From contig CAJQIB010000010.1 in assembly GCA_905478325.1 (NCBI GenBank), positions 3,773-67,772 of the forward strand: a stretch of DNA of 64,000 bases, in the 5' to 3' direction. The DNA comes from an uncultured Flavobacteriales bacterium (lineage in GTDB: Bacteria > Bacteroidota > Bacteroidia > Flavobacteriales_D > Sanyastnellaceae). Below the pieces are notes generated by a model, which was given only the letters and a program-made list of their open reading frames with translations, was not told the origin of the DNA and did not search any database. Shown here in pieces: positions 19,381-30,447 of the stretch. The number at the start of each line of letters is the position of its first letter. Within the stretch, counting starts at the first letter, position 1. The translations under genes and the position numbers were made by a program.

Positions 19381-20511
19381 TCAATCGAGCACCACAACCC
19401 GTTTCATATTCTCGACGAACTGATCGAATAGATAGCGGCTATCGTGAGGCCCGGCTGATGCTTCAGGGTGATACTGAACAGAAAAAACAGGACGCCCCTT
19501 CAAGGCGATGCCAGCAACGGTATCGTCATTCAAATGAATGTGAGTCACTTCGACATCTGGAGCGGCCTGCAACGAATCTCGATCAACTACAAAACCGTGA
19601 TTTTGAGATGTAATTTCAGCCTTGCCCGTTAGCAAATTCTTTACGGGATGGTTCACTCCACGGTGACCGTTGAACATCTTGACGGTTCGGAGCCCTTGGC
19701 TCAGCGCTAATACCTGATGGCCTAAGCAAATTCCAAATATCGGTTTGTCCGAATCCACCAAGGCTTTCACCGTTTCGACTGTTTCCAACATTGCTCCCGG
19801 GTCTCCTGGGCCATTGGACAGCATGATCCCATCGGGAGACCAAGCCAGCATCTCCTCTGCACTTGTATGCATTGGGAACACACGTACAGTGCAACCTCGA
19901 TCAGTCAGACATTGAACAATGCTACGTTTGACACCAAGGTCAAGCAATGCTACACGTGAGTTTGAAACGGTTCCAACGGCGGGAACTGCATCATACTCGG
20001 CTGCTGTAGTTACCTCACTGCTCAATTCCAACCCCTCCATTGAAGGGACGGCTTCAAGCCTCCTCATGAGTTCGGACTCATCGGTTCCATCGCTGCAAAT
20101 GATGGCGTTCATTGCACCACTTTGACGAATGTGACGCACAAGTGCTCGTGTATCCAAATCACAGATACCCACCACTGCATCACGCTCTAAGAAATCCTGC
20201 AACGTTCCACTCGCTCCCGCTCTACTGGCGATTGATGAGTAGTTCTTTGTAACAAGACCGGCTATTTGGACTTTCTTGGATTCTACCTCCTCCTCATGCA
20301 CCCCATAATTGCCTATGTGCGCAGTCGCCATAACAAGAATTTGCCGGTGATAGCTCGGATCTGTGAAAATCTCTTGGTACCCATACATTCCTGTATTGAA
20401 AGCAATCTCACCTGTAGTAATGCCCAATGCCCCCGCAGAGTGGCCTTCAAATCGCTTACCATCTGCCAGTAACAGAACTGCTGGCACTTTCGAATCACGC
20501 GTTTTACCCAT
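19381..20511 (-). CDS. carA: carbamoyl-phosphate synthase small (glutaminase) subunit
   Basis: GICLGHQ catalytic Cys motif and HGxNHPV. ATG 20511 (MGKTRDSK...) is chosen because a -7 box lies immediately upstream of it, inside the longer ORF-track extension. Confidence 0.93.
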   Translation of the reverse strand: MGKTRDSKVPAVLLLADGKRFEGHSAGALGITTGEIAFNTGMYGYQEIFTDPSYHRQILVMATAHIGNYGVHEEEVESKKVQIAGLVTKNYSSIASRAGASGTLQDFLERDAVVGICDLDTRALVRHIRQSGAMNAIICSDGTDESELMRRLEAVPSMEGLELSSEVTTAAEYDAVPAVGTVSNSRVALLDLGVKRSIVQCLTDRGCTVRVFPMHTSAEEMLAWSPDGIMLSNGPGDPGAMLETVETVKALVDSDKPIFGICLGHQVLALSQGLRTVKMFNGHRGVNHPVKNLLTGKAEITSQNHGFVVDRDSLQAAPDVEVTHIHLNDDTVAGIALKGRPVFSVQYHPEASAGPHDSRYLFDQFVENMKRVVVLD

Positions 20512-20515
20512 GGCG

Positions 20516-20523
20516 CAAAGATA
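20516..20523 (-). promoter_or_regulatory. -7 box (TATCTTTG) for carA, 4 nt from the ATG
   Basis: Minus strand reads TATCTTTG-CGCC-ATG. Confidence 0.5.
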
Positions 20524-20604
20524 ACAGTGCGTTTGAATTCTATCGCCTCTTTGAGGAAGCACTTATCCGCAAAAAAAGCGGAGCGATGTCAAAAAAGTCG
20601 ACAT

Positions 20605-20637
20605 AAAAAAAACGGACAGCTTTTGGCTGTCCGTTTT
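20605..20637 (-). terminator. intrinsic terminator ending the ribosomal superoperon
   Basis: 8-bp stem cggacagc/gctgtccg, 5-nt loop, followed on the minus strand by a T8 run; 19 nt after the rplQ stop. Confidence 0.85.
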
Positions 20638-20655
20638 CAATTCTAGTAAAAGAAC

Positions 20656-21303
20656 TCAGTCTTTCTTTTCTTCGTCTGAAGGAGTCTCCGTTGCATCATC
20701 CGCTGGAGTTTCCTCTGCGGCTGCGGCTGGGGCTTCTTCTGCAGCTGGAGTTTCCTCTGCTGCGGCTACTGGAGCTTCTTCTGCTACAGGTGTTTCCTCT
20801 GCGGCGGCTGGAGCTTCCTCTGCAGCGGCGGCTGGAGCTTCTTCTGCTACTTCTGTCACTGCTTCTACGACAGGAGCTGAGGCTGTGCCCGCTCCACGAC
20901 GAGAACGACGAGAACGCTTTTTCTTAGGCTCAGTTCCGTATACGTCATTGAAATCGACAAGCTCCATCATACACATCTCTGCATTGTCTCCCAATCGGTT
21001 GCCTGTTCGGATGATCCGCGTATAGCCCCCCTCTCGAGTGGCTACTTTCGGTCCTACAGAACGAAACAACTCGGTTACCGCATACTTGCTACCAAGTACA
21101 CTAAACGCAATACGTCGACTGTGTGTCGTGTCTGCTTTAGACCGTGTGACCAATGGCTCTACAACACTCCGCAAAGCTTTCGCTTTGGCAACAGTTGTTG
21201 TGATGCGCTTGTGCTCAATCAACGAGCACGCCATGTTGGATAACATGGCCCGACGGTGAGCGGTCTTACGACCTAGGTGGTTAAAGTTCTTATTGTGACG
21301 CAT
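20656..21303 (-). CDS. rplQ: 50S ribosomal protein L17 with about 90-aa Ala/Glu/Pro-rich repeat tail
   Basis: [22 protein letters not shown]17 N-terminus; last gene after rpoA. Confidence 0.96.
   Translation of the reverse strand: MRHNKNFNHLGRKTAHRRAMLSNMACSLIEHKRITTTVAKAKALRSVVEPLVTRSKADTTHSRRIAFSVLGSKYAVTELFRSVGPKVATREGGYTRIIRTGNRLGDNAEMCMMELVDFNDVYGTEPKKKRSRRSRRGAGTASAPVVEAVTEVAEEAPAAAAEEAPAAAEETPVAEEAPVAAAEETPAAEEAPAAAAEETPADDATETPSDEEKKD
20704..20847 (-). repeat. in-frame tandem repeats (about 14 codons, 3-4 copies) encoding AEEAPxAAAEETPx
   Basis: Reiterated gctggagcttcttctgc / gtttcctctgc units on the plus strand. Protein reads [49 protein letters not shown]. Confidence 0.85.
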
Positions 21304-21307
21304 GGCT

Positions 21308-22300
21308 TCACTCTTTGTCGAGTTTGTACTTGCTCACATCCATACCGAATGTGAGGTTTTTGTTCTCAACCAAATCTTCCAACTCCGTTAATGACTTCTT
21401 ACCGAAGTTACGGAATTTCAATAGGTCGTTTTTATTGTAGCTGACCAGTTCTCCGAGGGTCTCTATGTCAGCTGCCTTGAGGCAATTCAATGCGCGAACG
21501 CTCAAATCCATATCGCTCAACTTAGTTTTGAGCAATTGGCGCATGTGCAAGCTAGACTCATCGAATTCTTCTACCTCAACACGCTCCTCTAATTCCAAGG
21601 AAATGCGTTCATCGCTGAACAACATAAAGTGCTGAATCAAAATCTTCGCTGACTCCTGCAGAGCATCCTTCGGTGTGATGCTTCCATCGCATTCGATTTG
21701 GAGAATCAACTTCTCGTAATCGGTACGCTGCTCAACACGGTAGTTCTCTACCTCATACTGCACGTTCCGGATCGGCGTGAAAATGGAATCGATTGCAATC
21801 GTTCCAAGAGCAACCTCTTCCTTCTTATTGTCTTCAGCTTGGACGTATCCACGTCCTTTACCAATAACAATTTCAATAGAGAGGCTTACAGACTCGTCCA
21901 TGTTACAGATGACATGATCTGGATTCATCACTTGGAAAGCACTGGTAAATTTACCGATGTCTCCTGCAGTGAATGACTTCTGACCCGCAACTTTAACGGT
22001 TACAGTCTCTCCTTCTGACCCATCAATTTGACGCTTGAAGCGGACTTGCTTCATGTTCAAAATCATATCGGTCACGTCCTCACGAACTCCCTTAATGGTA
22101 GAGTACTCATGTCCAACTCCATCGACCTTGATCGTGGTGATGGCATACCCTTCCAAAGAAGAAAGTAAAATGCGACGCAATGCATTGCCTACTGTAATCC
22201 CAAATCCGGGCTCGAGCGGGCGAAATTCGAAGCGACCGTTGAACTCTGTAGAGTCCAACATGATCACCTTGTCTGGTTTCTGAAAATCTAGAATAGCCAT
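21308..22300 (-). CDS. rpoA: DNA-directed RNA polymerase subunit alpha
   Basis: 330 aa, [26 protein letters not shown]-terminal domain with SVRALNCLK. Confidence 0.98.
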   Translation of the reverse strand: MAILDFQKPDKVIMLDSTEFNGRFEFRPLEPGFGITVGNALRRILLSSLEGYAITTIKVDGVGHEYSTIKGVREDVTDMILNMKQVRFKRQIDGSEGETVTVKVAGQKSFTAGDIGKFTSAFQVMNPDHVICNMDESVSLSIEIVIGKGRGYVQAEDNKKEEVALGTIAIDSIFTPIRNVQYEVENYRVEQRTDYEKLILQIECDGSITPKDALQESAKILIQHFMLFSDERISLELEERVEVEEFDESSLHMRQLLKTKLSDMDLSVRALNCLKAADIETLGELVSYNKNDLLKFRNFGKKSLTELEDLVENKNLTFGMDVSKYKLDKE

Positions 22301-22318
22301 TTGATGAAGGGATTTGGA

Positions 22319-22924
22319 TTACTTCGAATACAATTCTACAATGAGAGACTCCTTGATGTTCTCTGGAATTTGATCCCGCGTTGGTACGTTAATAAACGTC
22401 CCAGACATGGTCTGCACATTCCAATCCAACCAATCCAAACGATTAGCTGTTGCACCGAGCGCGCTCGAAATCACAGACATGGATTTGCTCTTTTCCCGCA
22501 CCGCGACAACGTCACCTGGACGCATACGGTATGAAGGAATGTTGACAACATGACCATTCACCATAACGTGACGGTGAGTTACCAGTTGACGAGCTCCACG
22601 ACGCGTCGAGGCGATGCCTAAACGGTAAACGACATTGTCCAATCGGCTTTCGCAGAATTGGAGCAAAATTTCGCCAGTAATGCCCTGGCGAGCGTTTGCC
22701 GCTTTAAACATATTGGAGAATTGCTTCTCCAAAATGCCGTACGTGTACTTGGCCTTTTGCTTTTCAGCAAGCTGCACAGAGTATTCAGATTCTTTTTTAC
22801 GACGACGTGAGTTGCCGTGTTGTCCCGGTCCATAAGGACGGCGCTCGAGCGCTTTGTCCGGTCCGAAGATTGCCTCCTTAAAACGGCGGCTGATTTTTGA
22901 TTTGGGTCCGCGATAACGTGCCAT
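22319..22924 (-). CDS. rpsD: 30S ribosomal protein S4
   Basis: [16 protein letters not shown]-terminus; alpha-operon position. Confidence 0.97.
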   Translation of the reverse strand: MARYRGPKSKISRRFKEAIFGPDKALERRPYGPGQHGNSRRRKKESEYSVQLAEKQKAKYTYGILEKQFSNMFKAANARQGITGEILLQFCESRLDNVVYRLGIASTRRGARQLVTHRHVMVNGHVVNIPSYRMRPGDVVAVREKSKSMSVISSALGATANRLDWLDWNVQTMSGTFINVPTRDQIPENIKESLIVELYSK

Positions 22925-22960
22925 ATCGGTTGTTCAGTTCTAGGATTCGACGATGATGAA

Positions 22961-23344
22961 TTATACGCGGCGACGCTTTGGAGGGCGGCAACCGTTGTGA
23001 GGAAACGGAGTAACATCGATGATCTCGATGATCTCTATTCCCATGTTATGGAGGGCCCGCATCGCGCTTTCGCGACCTGCACCCGGTCCTTTCACAAATG
23101 CCCGGATTTTTCTCAATCCGAGATCGTGCGCTTCGCGACCACAATCTTCAGCAGCTACTTGAGCTGCGTAAGGCGTGTTCTTCTTAGAGCCCCGGAAACC
23201 CATCTTTCCGGCACTAGACCAAGAAATCACTTGCCCAGTATTATTGGTCAACGAAATGATGATGTTGTTGAAGGATGAGTGGATGTGGACTTGGCCAGAG
23301 GCCTCCACAACCACTTTCTTCTTTTTCTTGACGTTCTTCGCCAT
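22961..23344 (-). CDS. rpsK: 30S ribosomal protein S11
   Basis: [15 protein letters not shown] and [13 protein letters not shown] motifs. Confidence 0.97.
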   Translation of the reverse strand: MAKNVKKKKKVVVEASGQVHIHSSFNNIIISLTNNTGQVISWSSAGKMGFRGSKKNTPYAAQVAAEDCGREAHDLGLRKIRAFVKGPGAGRESAMRALHNMGIEIIEIIDVTPFPHNGCRPPKRRRV

Positions 23345-23406
23345 CGTCTGAATATTTAGGTGATCAGCCCCTTAACAGGGCCAGTTAATCCGTTATTGAG
23401 TAACTA

Positions 23407-23775
23407 TTACTTCTTCTTGTTCGCAACAGTCTTCCGCTTGCCTTTCCGCGTACGGGAGTTGTTCTTCGTGCGTTGACCACGCAATGGTAAACCATTACGA
23501 TGACGAATGCCTCGATTCGAACCGATGTCCATCAATCGCTTGATATGGGACTGCACTTCTGAACGCAGCTCACCCTCGACCTTAAAGCCAGTGGTGATGC
23601 TGTTACGAACTGCTCCGATTTCTTCGTCGGTCCATTCTTCAACTTTCTTGTCTTCTGACACTCCGCATTCCGCGAGAATTTTAGACGAACGACTTCGTCC
23701 GATTCCGTAGATGTACGTGAGTGAAATGACTCCGCGCTTATTGCGAGGAATGTCGATACCTGCTATACGTGCCAT
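23407..23775 (-). CDS. rpsM: 30S ribosomal protein S13
   Basis: [15 protein letters not shown]-terminus. Confidence 0.97.
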   Translation of the reverse strand: MARIAGIDIPRNKRGVISLTYIYGIGRSRSSKILAECGVSEDKKVEEWTDEEIGAVRNSITTGFKVEGELRSEVQSHIKRLMDIGSNRGIRHRNGLPLRGQRTKNNSRTRKGKRKTVANKKK

Positions 23776-23801
23776 GGGCGATGGGTTAGGCTACGTCAAG
23801 G

Positions 23802-23918
23802 TTAACCCTGACGTTGCTTCATTTTAGGATTCTTCTTGTTGATGACATACAAACGACCCTTACGACGTACAATCTTGCAGTCGGTGGTGCGTTTTTTTAG
23901 GGAAGCACGAACTTTCAT
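23802..23918 (-). CDS. rpmJ: 50S ribosomal protein L36
   Basis: Hand translation gives [38 protein letters not shown] (38 aa). Lies between infA and rpsM; absent from the ORF track because it is under 60 aa. Confidence 0.95.
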   Translation of the reverse strand: MKVRASLKKRTTDCKIVRRKGRLYVINKKNPKMKQRQG

Positions 23919-23925
23919 GGTGCGG

Positions 23926-24147
23926 TTATTTCTTGTAGCGGAAAGAGATCCGTCCTTTTGTTAAATCATAGGGTGACATGTCCACGCGAACTCGATCTCC
24001 AGGTAAGATTTTGATGTAATACATCCGCATCTTTCCAGATATGTGGGCAGTGATGATGTGCCCGTTTTCCAACTCCACCCGAAACATTGCATTTGACAAA
24101 GCTTCGAGTATCGTTCCATCTTGCGTTATGGACGCTTGTTTGGCCAT
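23926..24147 (-). CDS. infA: translation initiation factor IF-1
   Basis: 73 aa S1-like fold, FRVELENGH...GKMR motif. Confidence 0.97.
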   Translation of the reverse strand: MAKQASITQDGTILEALSNAMFRVELENGHIITAHISGKMRMYYIKILPGDRVRVDMSPYDLTKGRISFRYKK

Positions 24148-24160
24148 TCAGATTAAACTC

Positions 24161-24961
24161 TTAAACGTTTCTATTCTTCTTTAAAACTTCTTCTATCTCA
24201 TTAAAACTCGAGAGAACGTCCGCTTGGTTCTTGCGCACTACGACATCGTGTTCGAAGTGTGCACTCACCTTACGGTCTGCCGTCACGATCGTCCATCCAT
24301 CATCCTCATGGAAGATTTCTTTTCGACCCAAGTTGATCATAGGTTCAATGGCCAGCACCATGCCGTCCATCAAGCGAGGACCATTTCCTCGTCTCCCATA
24401 ATTTGGAACTTCCGGTGCTTCATGCAAACTCCGTCCCAAACCGTGACCAACCAATTCCCGAACAACTCCGTAACCATTTTGCTCAGCATGTGATTGACAA
24501 GCAAATCCGATATCTCCGATTCGCTTTCCAACCACCGCTTGCTCAATCGCTAGCAGGAGGCATTCTTTGGTGACGTCTAGCAGCTTTTGCACCTCAGAGG
24601 ATATGTCGCCCACCGCAAAGGTGTACGCACTGTCTCCGTAAAACTCATTCTTCAATACTCCACAATCGATGGACACAATGTCCCCATCCTCAAGAGGACG
24701 GTCGTTTGGAATACCGTGCACGACAGACTCATTGACTGACGTACACAAGGAATTTGGAAAGCCTCCATATCCCTTGAATCCTGGTTCCGCGCCATGGTCT
24801 CGGATAAACTCCTCAGCCACAGCATCTAGTTGCAATGTTGTCACACCAGGACGAATCCTTTCAGCAACAACTGCTAACGTTTTCCCTACAAGCAAAGAAC
24901 TCTCCCGAAGGAGTTCGACCTCTTCGTCCGTTTTTATAAGCACGCGTCGGCCAAAACTCAT
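24161..24961 (-). CDS. map: type I methionine aminopeptidase
   Basis: Metal-ligand motifs VHGIP, DIVSIDCG, GHGLG, LAIEPM and HFEH. Confidence 0.95.
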   Translation of the reverse strand: MSFGRRVLIKTDEEVELLRESSLLVGKTLAVVAERIRPGVTTLQLDAVAEEFIRDHGAEPGFKGYGGFPNSLCTSVNESVVHGIPNDRPLEDGDIVSIDCGVLKNEFYGDSAYTFAVGDISSEVQKLLDVTKECLLLAIEQAVVGKRIGDIGFACQSHAEQNGYGVVRELVGHGLGRSLHEAPEVPNYGRRGNGPRLMDGMVLAIEPMINLGRKEIFHEDDGWTIVTADRKVSAHFEHDVVVRKNQADVLSSFNEIEEVLKKNRNV

Positions 24962-24967
24962 TTCAGG

Positions 24968-26317
24968 TTATCCTGTTATGCCGCCCACAGGTGACTGCGG
25001 ACGACCACGCAATTTTCCAGACTTCATCAAACCGTCGTAATGACGCGAAAGCAAATAGCTCTCAATTTGTTGAAGGGTATCCAAAATGACTCCTACCATA
25101 ATCAACAACGACGTTCCGCCGAAGAAAATGGAAAAGCCTTGCGCATTCGTTACTCCAAGACTGAACACAATCGCTGGAAGGATTGCAATCAATGCCAAAA
25201 ACAGTGATCCAGGAAGCGTGATGTTTGACAACACTCTCTCTAAAAATTCAGCTGTTGGTTTTCCAGGCTTTATTCCTGGAACAAAACTATTCTGTCGCTT
25301 CAAGTCATCCGCCATTTGGTTGGGGTTGACTGTGATCGCTGTATAGAAATACGTAAATACAACGATCACCACAAAGAAGATTAAGTTGTACCAAAAACCG
25401 TTGAAGTCAGCCAAACTTTGGATGGCCGCATTCTGTTGGAATGTTTCACTTTGAGTCAAATACAATGGAACGAACATAATCGCTTGCGCGAAAATGATTG
25501 GCATGACTCCGGCTGAATTGACTTTCAAGGGGATGAAGCTACGTGCTCCCTCTCCTTGTGGCATGTGTGATCCACCTGCCTGCATTTTTGCCATTTGAAC
25601 AGGAACCTTTCGCAAGGCCTGAACCAACGCAACACTGCAACCAATAACAACCAATAAGAATGCCATTTCAACCAAGAAGAAGAACAATCCTGTATCCGGG
25701 TGAATAAATTCCTGAATGATCGCTTGTGGGAACGTAGCGATAATACCAATCATGATGAGCAAAGAAATTCCATTCCCTACCCCCTTATCAGTAATACGCT
25801 CACCTAACCACATGATCACCAGAGTCGACGATACGAGAATAACCATAGCGCTGAACCACCAGAATGTGGACGGGTTCGCAACCGCACCAGGAACTGCTAC
25901 GACTGATGTCGCCAAGTAGCCCGGAGCCTGAACCAGCGTAATCGCTATGGTCAGAAAACGCGTGTACTGATTGATTTTCTTTCGCCCACTCTCACCCTCA
26001 GCCTGCATCTTTTGAACAGCAGGAACAGCGATACCGAGCAGTTGAACAATGATGGATGCCGAGATATACGGCATGATGCCCAACGCAAAAATGGAAGCTC
26101 TGCTGAATGCCCCACCTGTAAACAGGGAAAGCAAGTCGCCCAAGCCACCGCTTCCGGAAGAAGCCATTTGTTCCGCCAAGACGTCACTATTGACTCCTGG
26201 AATCACAATGAATGATCCAATTCGGTAAACCAAAATCAACCCGAGTGTAATGCCCAATTTCTTGCGCAACTCCTCATGGTTCCAAATATTTCGGATTTGG
26301 GTAAAGAAATTCTTCAT
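24968..26317 (-). CDS. secY: preprotein translocase subunit SecY
   Basis: 449 aa, 10-TM pattern, GIMPYISASII motif, spc-operon position. Confidence 0.97.
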   Translation of the reverse strand: MKNFFTQIRNIWNHEELRKKLGITLGLILVYRIGSFIVIPGVNSDVLAEQMASSGSGGLGDLLSLFTGGAFSRASIFALGIMPYISASIIVQLLGIAVPAVQKMQAEGESGRKKINQYTRFLTIAITLVQAPGYLATSVVAVPGAVANPSTFWWFSAMVILVSSTLVIMWLGERITDKGVGNGISLLIMIGIIATFPQAIIQEFIHPDTGLFFFLVEMAFLLVVIGCSVALVQALRKVPVQMAKMQAGGSHMPQGEGARSFIPLKVNSAGVMPIIFAQAIMFVPLYLTQSETFQQNAAIQSLADFNGFWYNLIFFVVIVVFTYFYTAITVNPNQMADDLKRQNSFVPGIKPGKPTAEFLERVLSNITLPGSLFLALIAILPAIVFSLGVTNAQGFSIFFGGTSLLIMVGVILDTLQQIESYLLSRHYDGLMKSGKLRGRPQSPVGGITG

Positions 26318-26329
26318 TCGTCTGGTGAA

Positions 26330-26776
26330 TTATACTTCAGCTACTTGACCACCTGCAGCCTCAATGGCCGCGCGTGCAGAAGCAGAGAATTTATGCGCCT
26401 CTATAGAAATGCCCGTTGCGAGTTCACCTCGACCCAAAATCTTGATTAAGTCACGCTTTCCAGCGAGGCCGTTGTCCATCAAATCTTGCAATTTGATCGC
26501 TTTCAAAGACTTTCGCTCGATCAACTCCTGAAGGGTGTCCAAGTTGATTCCTTTGTACTCCACCCGGTTCGGGTTGGTAAAACCAAATTTTGGAACACGA
26601 CGTTGAAGAGGTTGTTGACCGCCTTCAAAACCGATTTTACTCTTGTAGCCAGAGCGGGATTTCGCGCCTTTGTGTCCACGTGTTGAAGTTCCTCCGTGAC
26701 CGGATCCTTCACCGCGACCAACTCGCTTGCGCTGCTTCCTAGATCCAGCTGCGTGTTGCAGATTGCTGAGATTCAT
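26330..26776 (-). CDS. rplO: 50S ribosomal protein L15
   Basis: RVGRGEGSGHGGTSTRGHKG motif. Confidence 0.97.
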   Translation of the reverse strand: MNLSNLQHAAGSRKQRKRVGRGEGSGHGGTSTRGHKGAKSRSGYKSKIGFEGGQQPLQRRVPKFGFTNPNRVEYKGINLDTLQELIERKSLKAIKLQDLMDNGLAGKRDLIKILGRGELATGISIEAHKFSASARAAIEAAGGQVAEV

Positions 26777-26796
26777 GGTTAATGCTGGTTATGTGA

Positions 26797-26976
26797 TTAT
26801 ACCTCTTCGATTTTCACGAGATGCGAAACTTTGCGAATCATTCCCATGATTTGCGGAGTCGCTTCGTGCTCGACAGGATTATGCAATTTTTTAATACCTA
26901 AGGCTTGAATAGTAGCCTTTTGACGCTTCGGACGATTGATGGCGCTCCGAACTTGGGTGACGATAACTTTTCCCAT
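26797..26976 (-). CDS. rpmD: 50S ribosomal protein L30
   Basis: Hand translation gives MGKVIVTQVRSAINRPKRQKATIQALGIKKLHNPVEHEATPQIMGMIRKVSHLVKIEEV (59 aa). Lies between rpsE and rplO. Confidence 0.93.
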   Translation of the reverse strand: MGKVIVTQVRSAINRPKRQKATIQALGIKKLHNPVEHEATPQIMGMIRKVSHLVKIEEV

Positions 26977-26987
26977 GACTGAAACGA

Positions 26988-27527
26988 TTAACCGTTAAAT
27001 ACTTTGTGTACCGAAATGCCACGCAAATCCGCAATGTCCTTAGCACTTCGCAACGCCTGAAGCGCATTGAAGGTTGCCTTGACTACATTGTGAGGATTGC
27101 TTGACCCCAAAGACTTCGCAAGTACATCCTTGATGCCAGCGCTTTCCAAAACAGCTCGCATCGCACCTCCGGCGATCACACCCGTTCCTGGAGAAGCTGG
27201 ACGAATCATAACATGTGCTCCAGCGAATTTCATCTCTTGGGCGTGAGGAATCGTTCCTTTTACTAAAGGCACCTCAACCATGTTCTTCTTCGCGTCTTCG
27301 ATGCCTTTTTGAATGGCAGTTGCGACTTCACGACTCTTACCAAGTCCGTGACCCACTCGGCCCTTCTCATCTCCTACGACCATGATGGAGCTAAAGCTGA
27401 AGGTTCGTCCACCTTTAGTGGTCTTCGCTACTCGGTTGATTCCAACCAAACGCTCCTTCAAATCGGGATCCCCCGTGCGCGATTGCTGTTGCTGATCGCG
27501 GCCTTTACGTTGTTGACGTTGTTCCAT
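26988..27527 (-). CDS. rpsE: 30S ribosomal protein S5
   Basis: [16 protein letters not shown] and GTGVIAGG motifs. Confidence 0.97.
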   Translation of the reverse strand: MEQRQQRKGRDQQQQSRTGDPDLKERLVGINRVAKTTKGGRTFSFSSIMVVGDEKGRVGHGLGKSREVATAIQKGIEDAKKNMVEVPLVKGTIPHAQEMKFAGAHVMIRPASPGTGVIAGGAMRAVLESAGIKDVLAKSLGSSNPHNVVKATFNALQALRSAKDIADLRGISVHKVFNG

Positions 27528-27533
27528 CTTTCC

Positions 27534-27887
27534 TTAGAATTTGAGCCCTCCTGCGCGGGCGGCTTCTGCCAATGTCTTGATTCGGCCGTGGTACAAGTAA
27601 CCGTTTCGATCGAATACGACCGACTCAATTCCAGCAGCCTTTGCTTTTTCCGCAATCATCTTACCTACTGTGTTCGCCTGTTCCAATTTTGGAACAGATT
27701 GCGCTTCCTTATCTCCGAATGACGCTGCAGCAGCCAACGTGCGGCCTGATGCATCATCAATGATTTGAGCATAAATCTGCTTGTTACTGCGGAACACAGA
27801 CAATCGAGGACAGCTAGACGTCCCTTGGATTTTTCCGCGGACTCGGCGCTTGACGCGCTTACGAGCCAATGTTTTTTTCGTTCCCAT
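27534..27887 (-). CDS. rplR: 50S ribosomal protein L18
   Basis: [19 protein letters not shown] motif. Confidence 0.97.
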   Translation of the reverse strand: MGTKKTLARKRVKRRVRGKIQGTSSCPRLSVFRSNKQIYAQIIDDASGRTLAAAASFGDKEAQSVPKLEQANTVGKMIAEKAKAAGIESVVFDRNGYLYHGRIKTLAEAARAGGLKF

Positions 27888-27896
27888 GTGATTCGA

Positions 27897-28448
27897 TTAT
27901 TTAGCAGCTGTCTTACCTGCCTTACGACGGATTTGCTCACCCGTATAACGGATCCCTTTGCCTTTGTATGGCTCAGGCTTGCGAAGTGAACGGATTTTAG
28001 CGGCTACAGTCCCAATCAATTGCTTGTCGTGAGACGAGAGCTTGACATATGGGTTTGCACCTTTCTTCGTGTCCGCATCCAATTTAATTTCCTTCGGCAA
28101 GCGCATGACAATAGGGTGACTATACCCCAAAGCCAACGTTAAATCTTGACCTGAGCATGAAGCTCGGAAACCGACACCCACCAACTCTAGAGAGATAGCG
28201 TACCCTTCGGTTACGCCAACGATCATGTTGTTGACCAGCGCACGGTACAACCCGTGCTTCGCTCGGTGATCCTTATTGTCAGAAGGACGTGAGAACGTGA
28301 GGACATTGTCCTGTAAGTCCATGGTGATTTCTGGAGAGACCACTTCCTGTAGCTCCCCTTTGGGGCCCTTTACCGTAACCGTGCTCCCCTCAATGCTGAG
28401 AGTAACGCCGTCAGGGACTGTGATGGGTGATTTACCTATACGTGACAT
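27897..28448 (-). CDS. rplF: 50S ribosomal protein L6
   Basis: MSRIGKSPITVPDGV N-terminus. Confidence 0.97.
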   Translation of the reverse strand: MSRIGKSPITVPDGVTLSIEGSTVTVKGPKGELQEVVSPEITMDLQDNVLTFSRPSDNKDHRAKHGLYRALVNNMIVGVTEGYAISLELVGVGFRASCSGQDLTLALGYSHPIVMRLPKEIKLDADTKKGANPYVKLSSHDKQLIGTVAAKIRSLRKPEPYKGKGIRYTGEQIRRKAGKTAAK

Positions 28449-28473
28449 GATGATGTTCCGTTTTTCTCTTCTT

Positions 28474-28872
28474 TCAATAAACTGTACAAATCAACTCGCC
28501 TCCGATGTTCATCTTTCGCGCTTCTTTATCAGTCATGAGACCTTTTGAAGTCGAAACGATGCACACACCCAAACCGTTCAATACACGTGGCAAATCAGAT
28601 GGACCTGCGTAGCGACGCAATCCAGGTGTTGAAACGCGCTTTAATTCTGTTATCGCAGGACGCTTTGACTTACTGTCATAACGCAATGCAATTTTGATGG
28701 AACCTTGGTATCCCTCTTCTACAAACTTGAAATTCAAGATGTAACCCTTATCAAAAAGAATTCGGGTCATTTCCTTCTTCAAGTTGGAAGCTGGAATCTC
28801 CACGACCTTGTGTCCCGCCATTTGGGCGTTACGGATGCGGGTCAAATAATCTGCTATTGGATCAGTATACAT
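28474..28872 (-). CDS. rpsH: 30S ribosomal protein S8
   Basis: DPIADYLTRIRNA N-terminal motif. Confidence 0.97.
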   Translation of the reverse strand: MYTDPIADYLTRIRNAQMAGHKVVEIPASNLKKEMTRILFDKGYILNFKFVEEGYQGSIKIALRYDSKSKRPAITELKRVSTPGLRRYAGPSDLPRVLNGLGVCIVSTSKGLMTDKEARKMNIGGELICTVY

Positions 28873-28890
28873 GATGCTTCTAATCGTGGT

Positions 28891-29160
28891 TTACCAGCTT
28901 GCCTTTTTAACTCCGGGTATCTTACCCGACAATGCCATTTTCCGGAACAAAACCCGAGAAATACCGAATTGTCGCATATATCCTCGTGGACGTCCCGTGA
29001 TCTGACAACGGTTGTGCATTCGCACTGCCGCACTGTTTGGTGGGAGCTTCTGGAACCCCACCCAGTCACCAGCAGCTTTTAAAGCTGCTCGCTTTGACGC
29101 ATACTTAGCGACCATTCGCTCGCGCTTGCGCTCACGCGCTTTCATTGATTCCTTAGCCAT
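28891..29160 (-). CDS. rpsN: 30S ribosomal protein S14 (long, non-zinc form)
   Basis: 89 aa, ends [11 protein letters not shown], lacks CxxC pairs. Confidence 0.96.
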   Translation of the reverse strand: MAKESMKARERKRERMVAKYASKRAALKAAGDWVGFQKLPPNSAAVRMHNRCQITGRPRGYMRQFGISRVLFRKMALSGKIPGVKKASW

Positions 29161-29161
29161 C

Positions 29162-29716
29162 TTAGTTCTTTTTGAAAGGGAATCCGAATCCTGATAACAA
29201 AGCCTGTGCTTCTTCGTCAGTGTTCGCGTTCGTTACGATGGTGATGTCCATTCCATTGAAATACTTCACTTCATCAAGGCTGATCTCCGGGAAGATAATC
29301 TGCTCCTTCACCCCAAAGGTAAAGTTTCCGCGACCATCAAAACCTTTGGATCGAATGCCTTGGAAATCTCTTGTTCTTGGCAGGGATACTGCAATCAAGC
29401 GATCGAGAAATTCATACATCTTATCACGACGCAACGTTACACGAGCTCCAATCGGCATGCCTTTACGCAGCTTAAAGTTGGAAACGTCTTTGGTTGAAAT
29501 CGTCTGAACTGCCTTTTGACCAACAATTCGTGACATCTCATCCGTAGCCTGTTCTACGATTTTCTTATCAGCAATTGCCTTTCCCAAACCTTGGTTTAGG
29601 CAAATCTTCGTAATGCTAGGTACCTGCATCACGGACTTGTATTCGAACTGCTTCAGCATGTTCGGTACAATTTCCTCAGCGTACTGAGTCTGGAGTCGGG
29701 GGATGTACGTCATCAC
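29162..29716 (-). CDS. rplE: 50S ribosomal protein L5
   Basis: [16 protein letters not shown] motifs. Confidence 0.97.
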   Translation of the reverse strand: MMTYIPRLQTQYAEEIVPNMLKQFEYKSVMQVPSITKICLNQGLGKAIADKKIVEQATDEMSRIVGQKAVQTISTKDVSNFKLRKGMPIGARVTLRRDKMYEFLDRLIAVSLPRTRDFQGIRSKGFDGRGNFTFGVKEQIIFPEISLDEVKYFNGMDITIVTNANTDEEAQALLSGFGFPFKKN

Positions 29717-30033
29717 TTGAGCTCCTCTTTAGTTTTCTTTGAATAACGAACCAACTTGCCATCATCTCCACGACGACGACCTAGCCGGGCGGCTGTGCCT
29801 GCGGCATCCATAACCATCACATTGGAAATGTGAATCCCCGCTTCAGAGGATTCAATACCTCCTTGTGGATTGGCTGGACCAGGCTTAATGTGCTTCTTAA
29901 CCAAGTTCGCTCCTTCAACGAGGACACGATCCTTTTTACGGTCGACGAGAATCACTTTTCCCTCCTTCCCTTTACTTCCACCGGCAATGACCTTCACGGT
30001 GTCGCCTTTTTTGACTTTGTATCGTTTGAACAT
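29713..30033 (-). CDS. rplX: 50S ribosomal protein L24
   Basis: [22 protein letters not shown] motif; ATGA overlap with rplE. Confidence 0.97.
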   Translation of the reverse strand: MFKRYKVKKGDTVKVIAGGSKGKEGKVILVDRKKDRVLVEGANLVKKHIKPGPANPQGGIESSEAGIHISNVMVMDAAGTAARLGRRRGDDGKLVRYSKKTKEELK

Positions 30034-30043
30034 AGCTGATGAA

Positions 30044-30412
30044 TTAAAGTACCTCAGGGGCTAGTGAAACAATCTTCATGAAGTCCTTCTCACGCAATTC
30101 ACGTGCGACTGGACCGAATATCCGCGTTCCGCGCATCTCACCGTTTGCGTTGAGCAATACAATTGCATTGTCATCGAAACGAATGTATGAGCCATCCGCG
30201 CGGCGTACAGCTTTGCGTGTACGCACAACCACTCCCTTCGAAACGGCTCCTTTTTTAATGTTTCCGTTCGGTGCAGCGTGCTTAACCGTCACCACTACGG
30301 TGTCGCCTATGCTCGCATAACGCCGACGAGTACCTCCCAACACCCGGATGCAAAGGACTTCCTTTGCTCCGCTGTTGTCAGCTACTTTCATACGGGATTC
30401 TTGCTGTATCAT
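30044..30412 (-). CDS. rplN: 50S ribosomal protein L14
   Basis: [20 protein letters not shown]-terminus. Confidence 0.98.
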   Translation of the reverse strand: MIQQESRMKVADNSGAKEVLCIRVLGGTRRRYASIGDTVVVTVKHAAPNGNIKKGAVSKGVVVRTRKAVRRADGSYIRFDDNAIVLLNANGEMRGTRIFGPVARELREKDFMKIVSLAPEVL

Positions 30413-30447
30413 CGTTGATTCCTTTCTCGTTTAATTGCGGCAGCGAA

